Assembly (NCBI RefSeq): GCF_004010195.1
Contig: NC_057743.1
Coordinates: forward strand, 17,068,948-17,132,947
Length of the DNA stretch: 64,000 nucleotides
Reading direction: 5' to 3'
Origin: Chiloscyllium plagiosum
Taxonomy: Eukaryota
The position numbers and the translations under genes are program-made. Shown piece after piece: positions 50,042-63,600 of this stretch (position 1 is the first letter of the stretch; each line of letters starts with the position of its first letter). The notes below the pieces were generated by a model. It did not search any database. It saw nothing but the letters and a program-made list of their open reading frames with translations, and was not told the origin of the DNA.

Positions 50042-50152
50042 TTCATCAAGGGGACTTGCTTCGGGACCACCACATACCGAGCTGACTACAAGCGCTATCC
50101 ATACACCATGCCAGATATCAGAGAGAAAGTTCTAATCCAGAAAAAGCATCAG
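50042..50152 (+). CDS. CFAP107: CFAP107 exon 2
   Basis: TACAG| acceptor; FIKGTCFGTTTYRADYKRYPYTMPDIREKVLIQKKHQ; 111 nt, phase 0/0; CAG|GTGAGA donor. Not in the ORF track. Confidence 0.85.
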
Positions 50153-51334
50153 GTGAGATGAAGAGGGGGCAAAGGGTGGGGGTGAGGGTAAGATAAGTGG
50201 TTCTTCGAACCAGGAATGTTGAATAGCATTTGGGAAAAATGCTTTCTGAACCCTGGCGATCAGACAGATACGAAATGGTTTTGAGTACGTGTCACAGTGC
50301 TGGTTGGGGAGGAAGTGTGTGCTGGAGTTTGTTTCAGTGGGCACCAGCTGGTGTCTGGTTCCTGCTCCAAATATCTGAGTCCAGTCAGTGAATCTGTTTG
50401 GATAAGGGGTATTGCCCACACTTAGCAGCAAGGGTGGATGGAAAGCAACCTGAAACAGGAGCTCTTGCTGATTTGTCTAGGCTGCTTGTCGCTATTATCT
50501 TGGTCACAAAGAAAAGTGATCTGTGGGCCGTCATGCAGAATCCTGCTGAGGAGTCAGGGACCCATGACACCCCAAAGTCTGAGCATCCACTGCTGTTTGC
50601 AGGTTCCCCTTGTATCCTAAGATGCCATCTGAGTGCTAATTGGGAGTGAATGTCTCCTTGGTGCTCTATTTCAACAGCAAACATTGTCTACCTCTCATAT
50701 TGCTTTCGTAAGCTTCAAATTCACCTCCATTAACATATGCCGTTGTGCAGTGATTTATCAGTTTAATAACAAGGAGTTGATGACTTTCCTATTACAATAG
50801 TATTCACCACACCGATATTGTAACTAGCCAATCTGGTCATAGACTGGTAGAGTATTACAGCCTAGAAAAAGGCCCTTTGGCCCATTGTGTCAGTGTCAGT
50901 CATCAAGTACTGACCCACTCTCCTTCCATTTCCCATTCGGGTCAGTCCATTTGCAAGGTGGAATTTGGAAGCCATCAGTGAGCTGAAATACCTCTGAAGG
51001 TGATTCAGTCTGAGATAGTGGTCATCACAGCTCCTTCCAGGTACCTTTGCTGAGAAGTGATCTTGATCTGTTTTCACTAGAACTCTACCTCCCTCTGTCT
51101 GAGCAGCACGAAACTGATGGAAAGTGCTTTGCTAGGTGTGTACCGCTCTGTACTGGTAATGAAGTTTGGGGAAATTCCTATGGGCTGGCGTAATCCTCTC
51201 AGTGTCTGGGGGATTCAGATGTTTAGCCAACAATAAAACAATTGGTGTGTGTCTCTCTGAACATTAATCTCAACAACCCTGTAATCTCAGGTAAAAAAGA
51301 CAGGATTTGATTCATTGTAAATCAGGAGCCCTTG

Positions 51335-51662
51335 AATCATAGAAGCCTACAGTGTAGCAGCAGGCTATTCAGCTCATCAAGTCTACACTGGCCTTCCAAA
51401 GAGCATCCCACTCAGACCTACCCACTATCCCATCTCTGTAACCCTGCATTCCACATGGCAAATCCATTAGGGTCCGCACATATCTGGATATCGTGGGTAA
51501 TTTAGTATTACCAATCCACCTAATCTGCACATCTTTGGACAGTGGGAGGAAACCGGAGCACCCAAAGGAAACCCAGGCAGACTCAGGGAGAATGTGCAAA
51601 CTCCAGACAGACAGTCATCCAAAGGTGGAATCGGACCCGGGTCACTGGAGCTGTGAGCCACC
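51335..51662 (-). mobile_element. Diverged HE1-type SINE
   Basis: Body similarity to the other HE1 copies. Confidence 0.75.
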
Positions 51663-51719
51663 TTGAGAACCCTTATGATTAACGCTTCCTCAGACAGTAC
51701 TTGACCAGGAAGAGACTCT

Positions 51720-51965
51720 AGGAGAAAGTGAGGCCTGCAGATGCTAGTGGGCCAAAGTTGAAAAGTATAGTGCTGGCAAAGCACAGCAAGTCAGGCAGCA
51801 TCCGAAGAGCAGGATAATCGACGTTTCAAGCATAAACCCTTCATCAGGAATGTGGAGGGGTTAGGGGGATGAGTGATGAATAGGGGAGTGGGGGTGGGCT
51901 GTGGGGGGAAGAACTGGGAAGGTGATAGGTGGACGTAGTTGGGGGGTGATAGTGATAAGTCAGTG
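51720..51965 (-). mobile_element. Family B Penelope 3' fragment with intact hammerhead core (51816-51851)
   Basis: Minus strand ATTC-CTGATGA-AGGGT(ttat)GCTT-GAAA-CG-TC-GATT, preceded by a C-rich tract like that of the 7383-8033 element. Confidence 0.7.
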
Positions 51966-52001
51966 GAGAAACTCTAAATGAGCTGCTTTGTTTTTTTTCA
52001 G

Positions 52002-52176
52002 GGTGTACCTATTACAGTATTATTCTCTCATCACAACGTTCCATGCTCCTGGTACTACGTTACTCACTACGATGAACATATTAATCGGCGTCCAAACCCA
52101 TGTTTGCCTCCACTTCGTAAATGGAATGCGAGGCGATCAGCCTGGGTCCCAGAGCGTACTGACTTCCCATTAATAG
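52002..52176 (+). CDS. CFAP107: CFAP107 exon 3
   Basis: T8CAG| acceptor; GVPITVLFSHH...YVTHYDEHINRRPNPCLPPLRKWNARRSAWVPERTDFPLI; 175 nt; G|GTATGG donor. Confidence 0.92.
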
Positions 52177-52577
52177 GTATGGATCACAGAGCGTATTGTG
52201 CTTATTCTCTCCCCTTTCTGTATCTTCTTCCTCCTGTGAAGAGACTGATGATTGGCAGAGTATGGTTGACTGGGTGTTAGCAACTCCATTGCTCGGGCAG
52301 TTATTCATCAGTAAGACGTCTTGGCAGCTTATTTCTCCAAAGGTGGTACTGGGGACTGAAGAGGCTGGGAGGTTCTCAAGACCCATGCATGTGCTATTCA
52401 CGCCTGAGATTTCTAGCAGATAATGCTAAAGAATCCAGAGCTGTTTCCCTGTTGCAATGTTTGTGCTGCTAAGCCCCACCTGGCTATGGCCTTTGAGATC
52501 AGTTAGTTCAGTCCTGAACAAGGATGAAGCCTGTAATTACTCTTCCTACTGGCAGCCCTATATATCTGTTGGAGATT

Positions 52578-52883
52578 GCCTACAGTATGGAAACAGGCCC
52601 TTCAGTCCAACAAGTCCACACCGACCCTCCGAAGAGTAACCCACTCAGACGCATTCCCCTACATTTACCCCTGACTATTGCACCTAACACTATGGGCAAT
52701 TTAGCATGGCCAATTCACCTAACCTGCACTGTGGACTGTGGACTGTGGACTGTGGGAGGAAATCCACACAGACACGGAGAGAATGTGCAAACTCCACACA
52801 GACAGTCACCCAAGGTGGGAATCGAACCCAGGTCCCTGGCACTAAGAGGTAGCAGTGCTAACCACTGAGCCACCATACCACCC
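52578..52883 (-). mobile_element. HE1-type SINE
   Basis: A/B boxes and body, with an internal (CTGTGGA)x3 slippage. Confidence 0.85.
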
Positions 52884-53238
52884 TAGAGAAAGCAGTTGAG
52901 AAGGATAGTCCTTTAGAGTAACCTCAGCCACTTTGGGAATTGAACCCATGCTTTTAGCATCTTTCTGTATCAGAGACCAGGTGCCCAGCCAACTGAGCTA
53001 ACGGAGGTGAGGTCTTAAAATCTTTAATCCCTCCTAAGACACGCTCCCCTTTTCTTCTCTACCTCACTTCCCTGTTTAAGATGCTCCTTAAGACTTCCCT
53101 CTTTGACCATGCTCTGTGTTACATGGCTTGGCACCCATTTTAATTGGAGACCGCAATGGGATATTTTACCACATGTCTGTGAATATAAGCTGCTGTAGTT
53201 GGAACTCAGAGATGTCTTTTATATCTGTTTACTTTCAG

Positions 53239-53408
53239 CTCCTCCTACAAATTTTGGCCTTTTGGAGGAGAAGTTAGCTAAATTGAAGAGAAAAGAAGAG
53301 AACCAGCCAGCGGCATATGACACTATCTACACTCTCTCCTATGGTCCCAAATCCCTTATTCCACAAGAGCCCATAAGTAGCTACCACCAGCCTGTCGGGG
53401 AAAAATGA
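53239..53408 (+). CDS. CFAP107: CFAP107 exon 4; full CDS join(45266..45400,50042..50152,52002..52176,53239..53408) = 196 aa
   Basis: TTTCAG| acceptor; (A)PPTNFGLLEEKLAKLK...TIYTLSYG...; TGA at 53406-53408; phases are consistent. Confidence 0.9.
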
Positions 53409-53600
53409 CATTCATTGCTTCAGTATTTCTTAACTGGACTTAATTTGATGTCAAAAATGGGAGCATGGCAATCTGTCCAGCAATGTGCATTCATTTTCCT
53501 GGAACATGTTGGGAACACTGTCTCAGGCACATCTGATCATGACCAAAAAAATTTTGGACGAGTTGTCAACAGAATTAATGTTAAACAAGAAACTCTCAGT

Positions 53601-53606
53601 AATAAA
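53601..53606 (+). terminator. Candidate polyadenylation signal AATAAA for CFAP107
   Basis: First AATAAA ~190 nt after the stop codon, followed by a T/G-rich tract. Confidence 0.5.
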
Positions 53607-56600
53607 TGGTTGATTTTTGAAACCTGTGCTGTCCCACTTTGCTTTTCGAGCTCTCTCTCTGTTTTAGAGGGGATACCAGAAGATTGTAAACTGGATCGTC
53701 CGCCTCACCTCCTGCATATGGTATGAGTTTCTGGCCAAAATCCTTGAGCTTGATTGGATTTGGGGGTGTTGATGCCTGGAAGGGGAGATGGCTCTACTAT
53801 TACTTTACAATGGGAAGGGGAGCAAAGAGTACCCACAATGTAGGAGGGTAAAAACAGAGGAGCTGAATAGACATGGAAAACAGTTGGAAACACAGCAAAT
53901 TCGGAACAACTCCAACAAACTCGCAACAAGGACGTTAGAAAAGGATTCAAATATCAATGAACTGTTGGAGACACCAAGGGCTTTGAAGATACAACGCAAC
54001 TTCAGACAGATAATTAATCCTGCAGGATTGGTGTTAGCCAATCAGAACAAAGGATTCACAAATTCGAGACACATTATGCATCTGGTCACTACATTGGGGG
54101 CTTGCTAGAAAATGTAGACTAATGGATCTTGAATAAGGAGAAGATAACAGAAAGGGAATAGCAAGGTGAAATGTTGTGTTGGTTTTCAGACTCTTCAACT
54201 GATGAAGACGAGTCATTGCAGTAACAGAAATCCTCATCCTCACGCAGTGTTGATCCAAACCAAAGCTAGTGAATCTATGTAAAATTACTGTAGTTAATGT
54301 TCTTTTCTGAATTGCTCTGCTTTTATAAGAATCATTTGACACTTACGATGTAAAAGGAATGAATTGCCCGTATGCTGGATATTTGCCAATGTAACTGGGT
54401 GTTTGCAGTGGCCATATAAGTTGTGCAGTAACTTACTGGATGCTGCAGACTTGTTACAAAGCATTTCATATGCAGTTTTGTTTTGAAATGCACTGACTAT
54501 TGTCTCAGCAAACATAATTGCCATGCGGCAAGATGTCCCACAGGCATCAGTAAAAGTAAAATACTGAAGATGCTGCAAATATGAAGTAAAAACAGAAATT
54601 GCTGGAGAAACTCAGAAGATCTGGCAGCATCTGTGGAGAGAGAAACAGTTTACATTCTGAGTCCAGTGTGACACTCCTTCAAAACCGCAGTTCTGAAAAA
54701 ATCACATTGGACTCAAAGCATTATCTCTATTCCTCTCGCCATAAATGCTACCAAACTGCTGAGATTTTTCAGCACTTTCTGTATGTACCACAGTCACCAA
54801 TAACTGTGTCACCCCAGTGCAAAGGTGTGCAGGTTAGGTGGATTGGCCATGGGAAATTCAGGGTTACAGAGGTACGGTGTGGGGGTGGGTCTGGGTAGGA
54901 TGCTCTTTGGAGGGTCAGTGTCGACTCAATGGGCCGATGGCCTGCTTCCACACTGTAGGGATTCTATGATTCTATATTTGATAGTTTGGTGTCAGTTAAT
55001 GGAGAATTGCAGTCCAGGGTACAGGGAGAACTTCCCTTCAAATAGTGCCTGGAATCTTTCTGACCACTTTAGAACTCCAGTGTATCAGCTTAAATGAGGG
55101 CCATCACAGCTAACGATGCAACACCGTCCTTAGTACAAGAGTGTCAGACTATGTTGTATGTTCAAATCCTGACATGGAACCTTCTGACTTGTACCAGTTG
55201 AGTCAAGTTATTGCTGTCAATTAGGAACTATGCATGGTAACCTGCCAGGCAGGAACTGTTGTCCTGTAGAACCCTGATATTTGAAGGAAAGGACAAATGT
55301 ATTCAAGATCATTACTCGGAAGCTACACAACATGATGATATCCCTCAGTATATGAAATGATTTATCTACAATTTAACAGAAGTGTTAAGTGATATTAAAG
55401 GAAAGTTTTTTGAGTAGGGTGCATTAATCTTTCGGTAACATTACAAAGGCTGATGTCACTGTACTGATATGTAATTACACATGCCCCCACCAGAGGGAGC
55501 CAGCCATGCACCTATTTATTTTTAATATCTTCAGTTCCATTGTCTTCACTTTTTAATGACCAGCAGCTTTTACTAGAACCCAGATTGTGAGACTCAACTG
55601 TCATCACTGAGAGAAAGAGAGAGAGAGAGAGGATACTTATATCTCTTCTGTTTGAGGCAGGATGCAATTCAGGTTCCTGAAATTAAATAGCTTCCCTTCG
55701 AATCAAGATTTCTAGGAAGACGCATATGAGTACTGGGGTGCTGCCAATTCAGTTACGTCTGGTGTTGGATGGGGGGGATGGAGAGAGATTCAAGTCTGAT
55801 AGACTTACAACATTACTCAGAGAGGAAAATATGAGAGGCACAGACTGAAATGAAAAAACAAAGTCTGTGATTCTATTGGAAATCCAGTGTAACTAAGGAA
55901 GTGCAACAATTCCTGCAGGGAAGGGTTGACAGAATGTGGAACTAATATTGAACAGACAAAACAAAATGGAAGTGGTTGAGGGAGAGAGAGCATAAAAATA
56001 TGACAAGAAGGAAAACAAAACAATGAATGAGACAGAAAACCAGATCAAATAAGTGTTTGACAAAGGAACACCACCAACGTTTTAGTAACTGCATTGAACA
56101 GTGAGGACCAATGGGACAGATCTCCACTTTAATCTCTAGCTCTTACTGTTTGTAGTTTGGAAGTTGGAGCACAGCATTGCCACTGGGCCAAGGGATAGGA
56201 AGTCAGCAAGGGTACCCAGTCCTGACGGCTATACAGTAAGGCTCCACTGGAAAAGCTTAGGGCCAAGATGTATTGAGCTCGGTGATGGCCATCATGATGA
56301 CGATTAAATAGGGAACATGCTCCAATAGGAAGGAGACCAGAATTGCACATAATATTCCAAAAGTGGCCTAACTAATGTCTTATACAGCTGCAACATGACC
56401 TCCCAACTCCTGTCTTCAATATTCTGACCAATAAAGGAAAGCATACCAAACACTTTCTTCACTATCCTATCTACCTGCGACTCCACTGTCAAGGGAGCAG
56501 GTGCAAACAGAAATGCAAGCAGCAAAATTCAACCCTTCAGGAGAAAGCAAAAATTGGTGTGGGACAGGTGGAGGAATTATTCACCAAGAACTGCAAGGAG

Positions 56601-56635
56601 TGGAGGACATAGGCAAAGCTTAGAACTTAGAGCCA

Positions 56636-57533
56636 CAGAGTCATTGAGCTGTTCCGCATAGTAGCAGACCCTTTGGTTCAACTTGTCCATGCCGACCAGA
56701 TATCCCAACCCAATCTAGTCCCATTTGCCAGCTCTTGGCCCATATCCCTCTAAATCCTTCCTATTCATAAACCCATCCCAATGTCTTTTAAATGCTGTAA
56801 TTGTACCAGCCTCCACCACTTCCTCTGGCAGCTCATTCCATACACACACCTCCCTCTGTGTGAAAAAGTTATCCCTTAGGTCCCTTTTATATCTTTCATC
56901 TCTCACTCTAAACCTATGCCCTCTAGTTCTGGACTCCTCCACTGTAGGGAAAAGACCCTGCCTATTTACCCTATCCATGCCCCTCATGGATTTATAAACC
57001 TCTATAATGTCACCCCTCAGCCTCTGACGCTTCAGGGAAAACAGCCCCAGTCTATTCAGCCTCTCCCTATAGCTCAAAACAGCAACCCTGGCAACATCCT
57101 CGTAAATATTTTCTGAACCCTTTCAAGTTTCACAACATCCTTCCAATAGGAAGGAGACTAGAATTGCACACAATATTCCAAAAGTGGCTTAACTAATGTC
57201 TTATACAGCTGCAACATGACCTCCCAACTCCTGTACTCAATACTCTGACCAATAAAGGAAAGCATACCAAATGCCTTCTTCACTATCCTATCTACCTGCG
57301 ACTCCACTTTCAAGGAACTAACCTGCACTCCAAGGTCTCTTTGTTCAGCAACACTCTCTAGGACCTTACCATTAAGTGTATCAGTCCTGCTAAGATTTAC
57401 TTTCCCAAAATGCAACACCTCACATTTATCTAAATTAAACTCCATCTGCCACTCCCCAGCCCATTGGACCATCTGATCAAGATCCCATTGTACTCTGAGG
57501 TAACCTTCTTCACTGTCCACTACACCTCCAATT
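56636..57533 (-). mobile_element. CR1/HER1 LINE 3' part (end of RT to tail)
   Basis: KIGGVVDSEEGYLRVQ...WQMEFNLDKCEVLHFG...FKRHWDG; a shorter near-copy lies at 56326-56495. Confidence 0.9.
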
Positions 57534-60500
57534 TATTTAAAATATATTTTCATTGAAAAAATAGATTTTTTAATATTACAACAAGTACAAAACAATACAA
57601 TTCAAAACAGTACAAAAGAACACCCGAAATAAAAAAAATCTCCAAACCACCCTCATACAAATGTATAAACATGTATAGAAAAATATAGAATTTAAAAAAA
57701 CCCAACTGGCTATTTAACTAAATAAATAAATAACCAACAACAAACTAATAAATAGTAATAACTCAGCCCGACCAAACAAAACGCTCATATGTTCACAGTT
57801 CCTCTTCCTTGCATATTGGACTCATGAAACACAATCATTATGGCTATATAAAAGCCCTTGTTAGTTGTGGCAGATAAATCTGTGTCCAGGTATTCCAAAA
57901 AGGGTTGCCATGTCTTGTAAAAATTCTCAGTTTTGTGGTGTACCATATTTGTGAGAAAATCCAGGGGAATATGCTCCATAACAATCTTCCGCCAACCCGA
58001 CAGGCCTGGGGGGTTTTCTGATATCCAACCTAGCAAGATATTCTTCCTTGCACAGAATGTAAGAATATTGAAAAGTTTTTTCTTATGCACATCTGCAGGA
58101 AATATAGTGGGCTGGTCCAAAAGGAGAGAGATAGGGTCCTTCTCCACCCTTACGACCAAAATCCTCTCCATTGCACCCACCACAGCGCTCCAATATGTTT
58201 GAAGCCTGTCACAAGACCAAAGACAATGGGTAAGAGTACCCGTACAGACCTTGCACTTGGGGCATGCTGAAGATACCCCTGGTTTAAATTTTGACAAACG
58301 GTCTGGGGCTAAGTGGACCCTGTGGAGAATCTTCAACTGTAAAGTATGGGTCCTATTGCAAATTGATATCTTCCTTGCATTCTCCCAAATATCCTCCCAT
58401 GCCTCTGAAGAAACTTCAACACCCAGCTCTCTTTCCCACATCTTGCAGAGTCGATCAGAATCATCTGAGGTGGCACCCCCCAATTGGTGATATAAAATAC
58501 TGACAGAGAGTGTACTCTTAGCACTGAGCACCCCTCTTTCTATGTCAGATTTGTAGGAATCAGTCAAAAATGTGGTTTGTTTTTGAATAAAATCCCTAAC
58601 TTTAAAAAAGGAAAGAGGTCTCTATTAGGTAACTCGTACTTCCGTACTAACTGATCGAAGGACATCATTACATCTCCCTCAAATAAATCACCCATGCAGG
58701 ATATACCCCTAGCTGCCCAACGTTTAAATCCTGAATCTATCATCCTATGAAAACTCGGCATACCCACTAAAGGTGTAAACAAAGATGTTTTGCCAATATT
58801 GCCTTCCCTCTGCCAAATTGCAGTATTGATGACTATTGGGTTATGGCAATATTCCCTCACTGTCCTCATCTTATCCAAAAACAGCAAACTAGTAAGGGGG
58901 GCTGGGAGGCTTCGATATCTAACCATATTGAAAGAGGATCCCCACAAACCCAGTCACTCACGTCGGTCAAAAGTGAGCTTAGATGGTAATTTTTAACGTC
59001 TGGAAAATCCAGTTTGGCAAATTTAATGAGGGTCCGCTTACGATGCCAAATAAAGGGGCTGAACCAGAGTTTGCTTATTGAAAATCAGGGGGAGCATCCG
59101 TATAGGGTATAGCAAACGAGGGAGAATATTCATCTTAATAAGCGCTATCCGACCCAACCATGAGGCTGGAAGTGTTCCCATCTTTGAAGATCTTGTTTAA
59201 TTTTTCCAAATAATTGGATAAAATTGGCTTTGAACAGCCGATCCAGAACTGGAGTAATGAATATGCCCAAACATACAAAACCCCCCAGTGACCACCTCAG
59301 TGGGAATCTATAGTCACCCCTAGCTCCTTCGTAAGACTACCCATAGACATAGCCTCTGATTTCGCAAAATTAATCTTGTACCCCAAAAAGGTGGCAAACG
59401 CTGAATGCATTGTATCAGGAAAGGCACTGAAACTGCTGGATTTGTCAAGAAAATTAGTACATTGTCTGCATACAACATCTTATGTAAATTTGACCGCACT
59501 TCTGGAGCTGATATATTGGGATCCCCACGAATGGCCTCCGCCAATAGTTCAATCACCAACGTAAAAAGCAGTGGTAAAAGGAGACAGCCCTGCTGACTGT
59601 CCCTAAAAATATTAACATTGCTTGATCATACCCCGTTGGTGATAACTGCTGCGAGAGGGTCACCGTAGAGAACCTTTACCCATCTTATAAAGACTTCGCC
59701 CAGACCAAACCGGTCTAGGGTATAGAAAAGGTACGGCCACTCAACTCGGTCAAATGCCTTCTCTGATTTAGAGAAATCACCAATCCCTGTATTGACTGCT
59801 GTTGGCATGCTTGAATTACATTAAGCAGCCTCCTAACGTTACTGGAGGATCTGTGACCCTTTATAAAGCCCGTCTGATCCTCTTTAATAATAGTCTCCAG
59901 CCTTAACGTGAAAGTCTTAGAGAGGATTTTAAAGTCCACATTTAAGAGCGAAATGGGCCTGTACGAAGCATAGTCTTCCGGATCCTTCCCTTTTTTAAGG
60001 ATAAGTGAAAGATTGGCCTCTCTGAGATGGTGGGAGACAAACATAACTGTATGAATCATTAAACATATTGAGCATCGGGCCTGACAGTGTTCTTGTAAAT
60101 TCCTTATAGAATTCACTGGAAAGTCCATCAGGACCGGGCGCCTTTCTACTCTGAAGTTGCCTCACAGCTTCCTGCACTTCTTGCTCTGATAATGGGGCAT
60201 TGAGAAAGAACTGTTGTTCAGGACTCACACCCGGGAGCTTCAGATCCCTAAAAAAGGATTCTATTTTGGCCTGCCCCTCCTCACAATCCTCAGACTGGTA
60301 TAACTTAGAGTAGAATCTCTGGAATGCCACATTAATCTTTTTCGAATCACATGTTAGGTTCCCGGACCCTTCCCTAATCGCTGTAATGGGTTGTGGGGCA
60401 CTCCTTTTTCTGGCAAGGTATGCTAAGTATTTGCCTGGCTTGTCACCATGCTGGTATAACCATTGCTTTGCAAAAGCCAGCTCCTTCTTTGTCGTCTGCG

Positions 60501-60640
60501 TGAGCATGGAATTTAGTGCAGACCGCAGTGACATAATTCTCTGTAGTTTGACCAACAAGGGTCTGTCAAAATAGGCCTTCTCGGCTGCCTTCAACCGTGC
60601 TTCAAGGAGACGTTGCTGCTCACCCTTCTGCCACTTCTTC
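57534..60640 (-). mobile_element. 5'-truncated, frameshifted L1-clade LINE (ORF2 RT to C-terminal Cys-rich domain, 3' UTR, A-rich tail)
   Basis: KAPGPDG, SYRPISLLNVDFKILSK, EKAFDRVEW, LYADN(D), CPKCKVCTGTLTHCLWSC spread over successive broken ORFs. Confidence 0.92.
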
Positions 60641-63600
60641 ACCTGTGACTATCGATGATACAAATATCTCAGTAAGGGGCCCAGCAATCACTTCCCTAGC
60701 TTCCCACTTATAGAGTTATATAGGATATATATAACTCTATAACCTGATCAGGTCCTGGGAATTTATCCACTTTTATGCATTTCAAGTAATCCAGCACTTG
60801 CTCCTCTGTAATATGGACATTTTTCAAGCTGTCACCATTTATTTCCCTACATTCTATACCTTCTCGACAGTAAACACTGATGAAAAATATTAATTTAGTA
60901 TCTTCCCCATCTCCTGCATCTCCACATAAAGGCCGTCTTGCTGATCTATTCTCTCCCTGGTTACCCTTTTGTCCTTAATGTATTTATAGAATCCCTTTGG
61001 ATTCTCCTTAATCCTGTTTGCCAAAGCTATCTCAGGTCCCCTTTTTACCCTCCTGATTTCCCTCTGAAGTATACTCCTACTGCCTTTATACTCTTCTAAG
61101 GCTTCACTCGATCTGTCCTGTCTATACCTGACATATGCTTCGTTCCTCTAGTCATCCAGCATTCTCTACACCTATCCCTTTCCTTCCACCCTGACAGGAA
61201 CATACTTTCTCTGGATTCTTGTTATCTCATTTCTGAAGGCTTCCCATTTTCCAGCCGTCCCTTTACCTGCGAACATCTGCCCCCAATCAGCTTTCGAAAG
61301 TTCTTGCCTAAACATTGGTCAAAATTAGCCATCCTCCAGTTTAGAACTTCAACTTTTCGATTTGGTCTATCCTTTTCCATCACTATTTTAAAACTAATAG
61401 AATTATGGTCACTGGCTCCAAAGTGCTTCCCCACTGACTCCTCAGTCACCTGCCCTGCCTTATTTCCCAAGAGAAGGTCAAGTTTTGCACCTTCTCTAGT
61501 AGGTACATCCACCAACTGAATCAGAAAATTGTCTTGTACGCACTTAAGAAGTTCCTCTCCATCTAAACCTTTAACACTATGGCAGTCCCAGTCGATGTTT
61601 GGAAAGTTAAATCTCCGACCATAACCGCCCTATTATTCTTACAGATAACTGAGATCTCCTTACAAATTTGTTTCTCAATTTCCCTCTGACTATTAGCGGG
61701 TCTATAATACAATCCCAATAATGTGATCATCCCTGTCCTATTTCTCAGTTCCACCCAAATAACTTCCCTGGATGTATTTCCGGGAATATCCTCCCTCAGC
61801 ACAGCTGTAATGCTATCCTTTATCAAGAACGCCACTCCCCCTCCTCTCCTGCCTCCCTTTCTATCCTTCCTGTAGCATTTGTATCCTGGAACATTAAGCT
61901 GCCAGTCCTGCCCATCCCTGAGCCATGTTTCTGTAATTGCTATGATATCTCAGTCCAATGTTCCTAACATGCTCTGAGTTCATCTGCCTTCCCTGTTAGG
62001 CCCCTTGCATTGAAATTAATGCAGTTTAATTTATTAGTCCTACCTTGTCCCTGCCTGCCCTGACTGTTTGACTCGCTTCTGTTCTCAACTGTACCAGTCT
62101 CAGATCGATCTCTTTCCTCACTATCTCCCTGGGTCCCACCCCCCCACCTTACTAGTTTAAATCCTCTTGAGCAGCTCTAGCAAATCTCCCTGCCAGTATA
62201 TTAGTCTCCTTCCAATTCAGGAGCAATCTGTCCTACTTGTATAGGTCACTTCTACCCCAAAAGAGATTCCAATGATCCAAAAATGTGAATCCTTCTCCCA
62301 TACACCAACTCCTCAGCCATGCATTCATCTGCTCTATCCTCCTATTCCTGCCCTCACTAGCTCATAGCACCGGGAGTAATCCAGATATCACTACCCTCGA
62401 GGACCTCCTTTTTAAATTCCTGCCTAACTTTTTGTAATCTCCATTTAGAGTTTCATCCTTTTCCCTTCCTAAGTCATTGGTCCCAATGTGTACAATGACC
62501 TCTTGCTGGTCCCTCTTTCCTTTGAGAACATTCTGCACCCTCTCTGAGATATCGTTGATCCTGGCACCAGGGAGGCAACACACCATTCTGATTTTTCACT
62601 GCTGGCCGCAGAAACATCTGTCTGTGCCTCTGACTAGAAAGTCCCCTATCACAATTGATCGTTTGGAACCCAACATACCCCTCATTACATTTGAGCCTGT
62701 CTTGATACCAGAAACTTGGCTGTTTGTGCTACATTCCCCTGAGAGTCCATCACCCCCTGCGTTTTCCAAAGCAGCATAATTGTTTTAAATGGGGATAGCC
62801 ACAGAAGACTCCTGCACTACCTGCCTACTCCCCTCTACACTTCCTGGAATTAACCCATCTCCTTGACTATATCTGCGGCTTTTCTCCCTTCCTATAACTG
62901 CCATCCATCGCATCCCTTGGCTCTTACAAATTCCTTATTGCCTCTAACTGCCGCTCCAACTGATCTATGCGATCTGATAGGATTCGCAACCAAAGACACT
63001 TCTTGCAGACACTTCCTGCAGACATAATCATCAGTAACATGGAAACTCTCCCTAAACTCCCACATCCGACAGAAAGAGCATATTCCTCTCCTAAAGGCCA
63101 TCTTTTCTCCTTCACAATCTACAGACCCAGAAAATAGCACGGTCTTATTGCTCTAAAAACAGTGCTTTCAGCTAACTTAGTATTTATGGTTTATATTTTA
63201 AAAATTTAATCAAGGGACAGATCTCAATAAAACAGAAAATCAAGAAAGAACCCACTCTACTCACTATTTTAAACTTACAGCAAGATAACATATTAAAAAA
63301 AACTATGCACTTATCTGTTCTTGTGCTGTGAGCTCGCCCACACTGGTCCCTCCAAGGTTAGCTGTGAATTTTGCTGTTTGTTAATCTTTCTTTGATGCAC
63401 TCCAATGTCCAGAGATATATGAACTGAGACAGCAAAGGCAGTAACTTTGCAGATTCACTGCTGTGTCAGTTAGCATTGTAGGTTTCTTTCTCTCTCTCCC
63501 TCACTGACCATGTGCTCACTATCTTTTGTCTGTCTTCCTCCGTTTAAAAGTGCCGTTGTTTTGACCTTTTATCCCCAAAGTTCCACAACAATGCAACAGC

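Noticed and set aside
53415-54580. Several ~100-aa ORFs downstream of CFAP107
   Set aside because: No recognisable domain and no consistent splice chain; probably chance ORFs.
57785-58567. 260-aa ORF as a host gene
   Set aside because: It is the C-terminal Cys-rich part of a frameshifted L1 ORF2.
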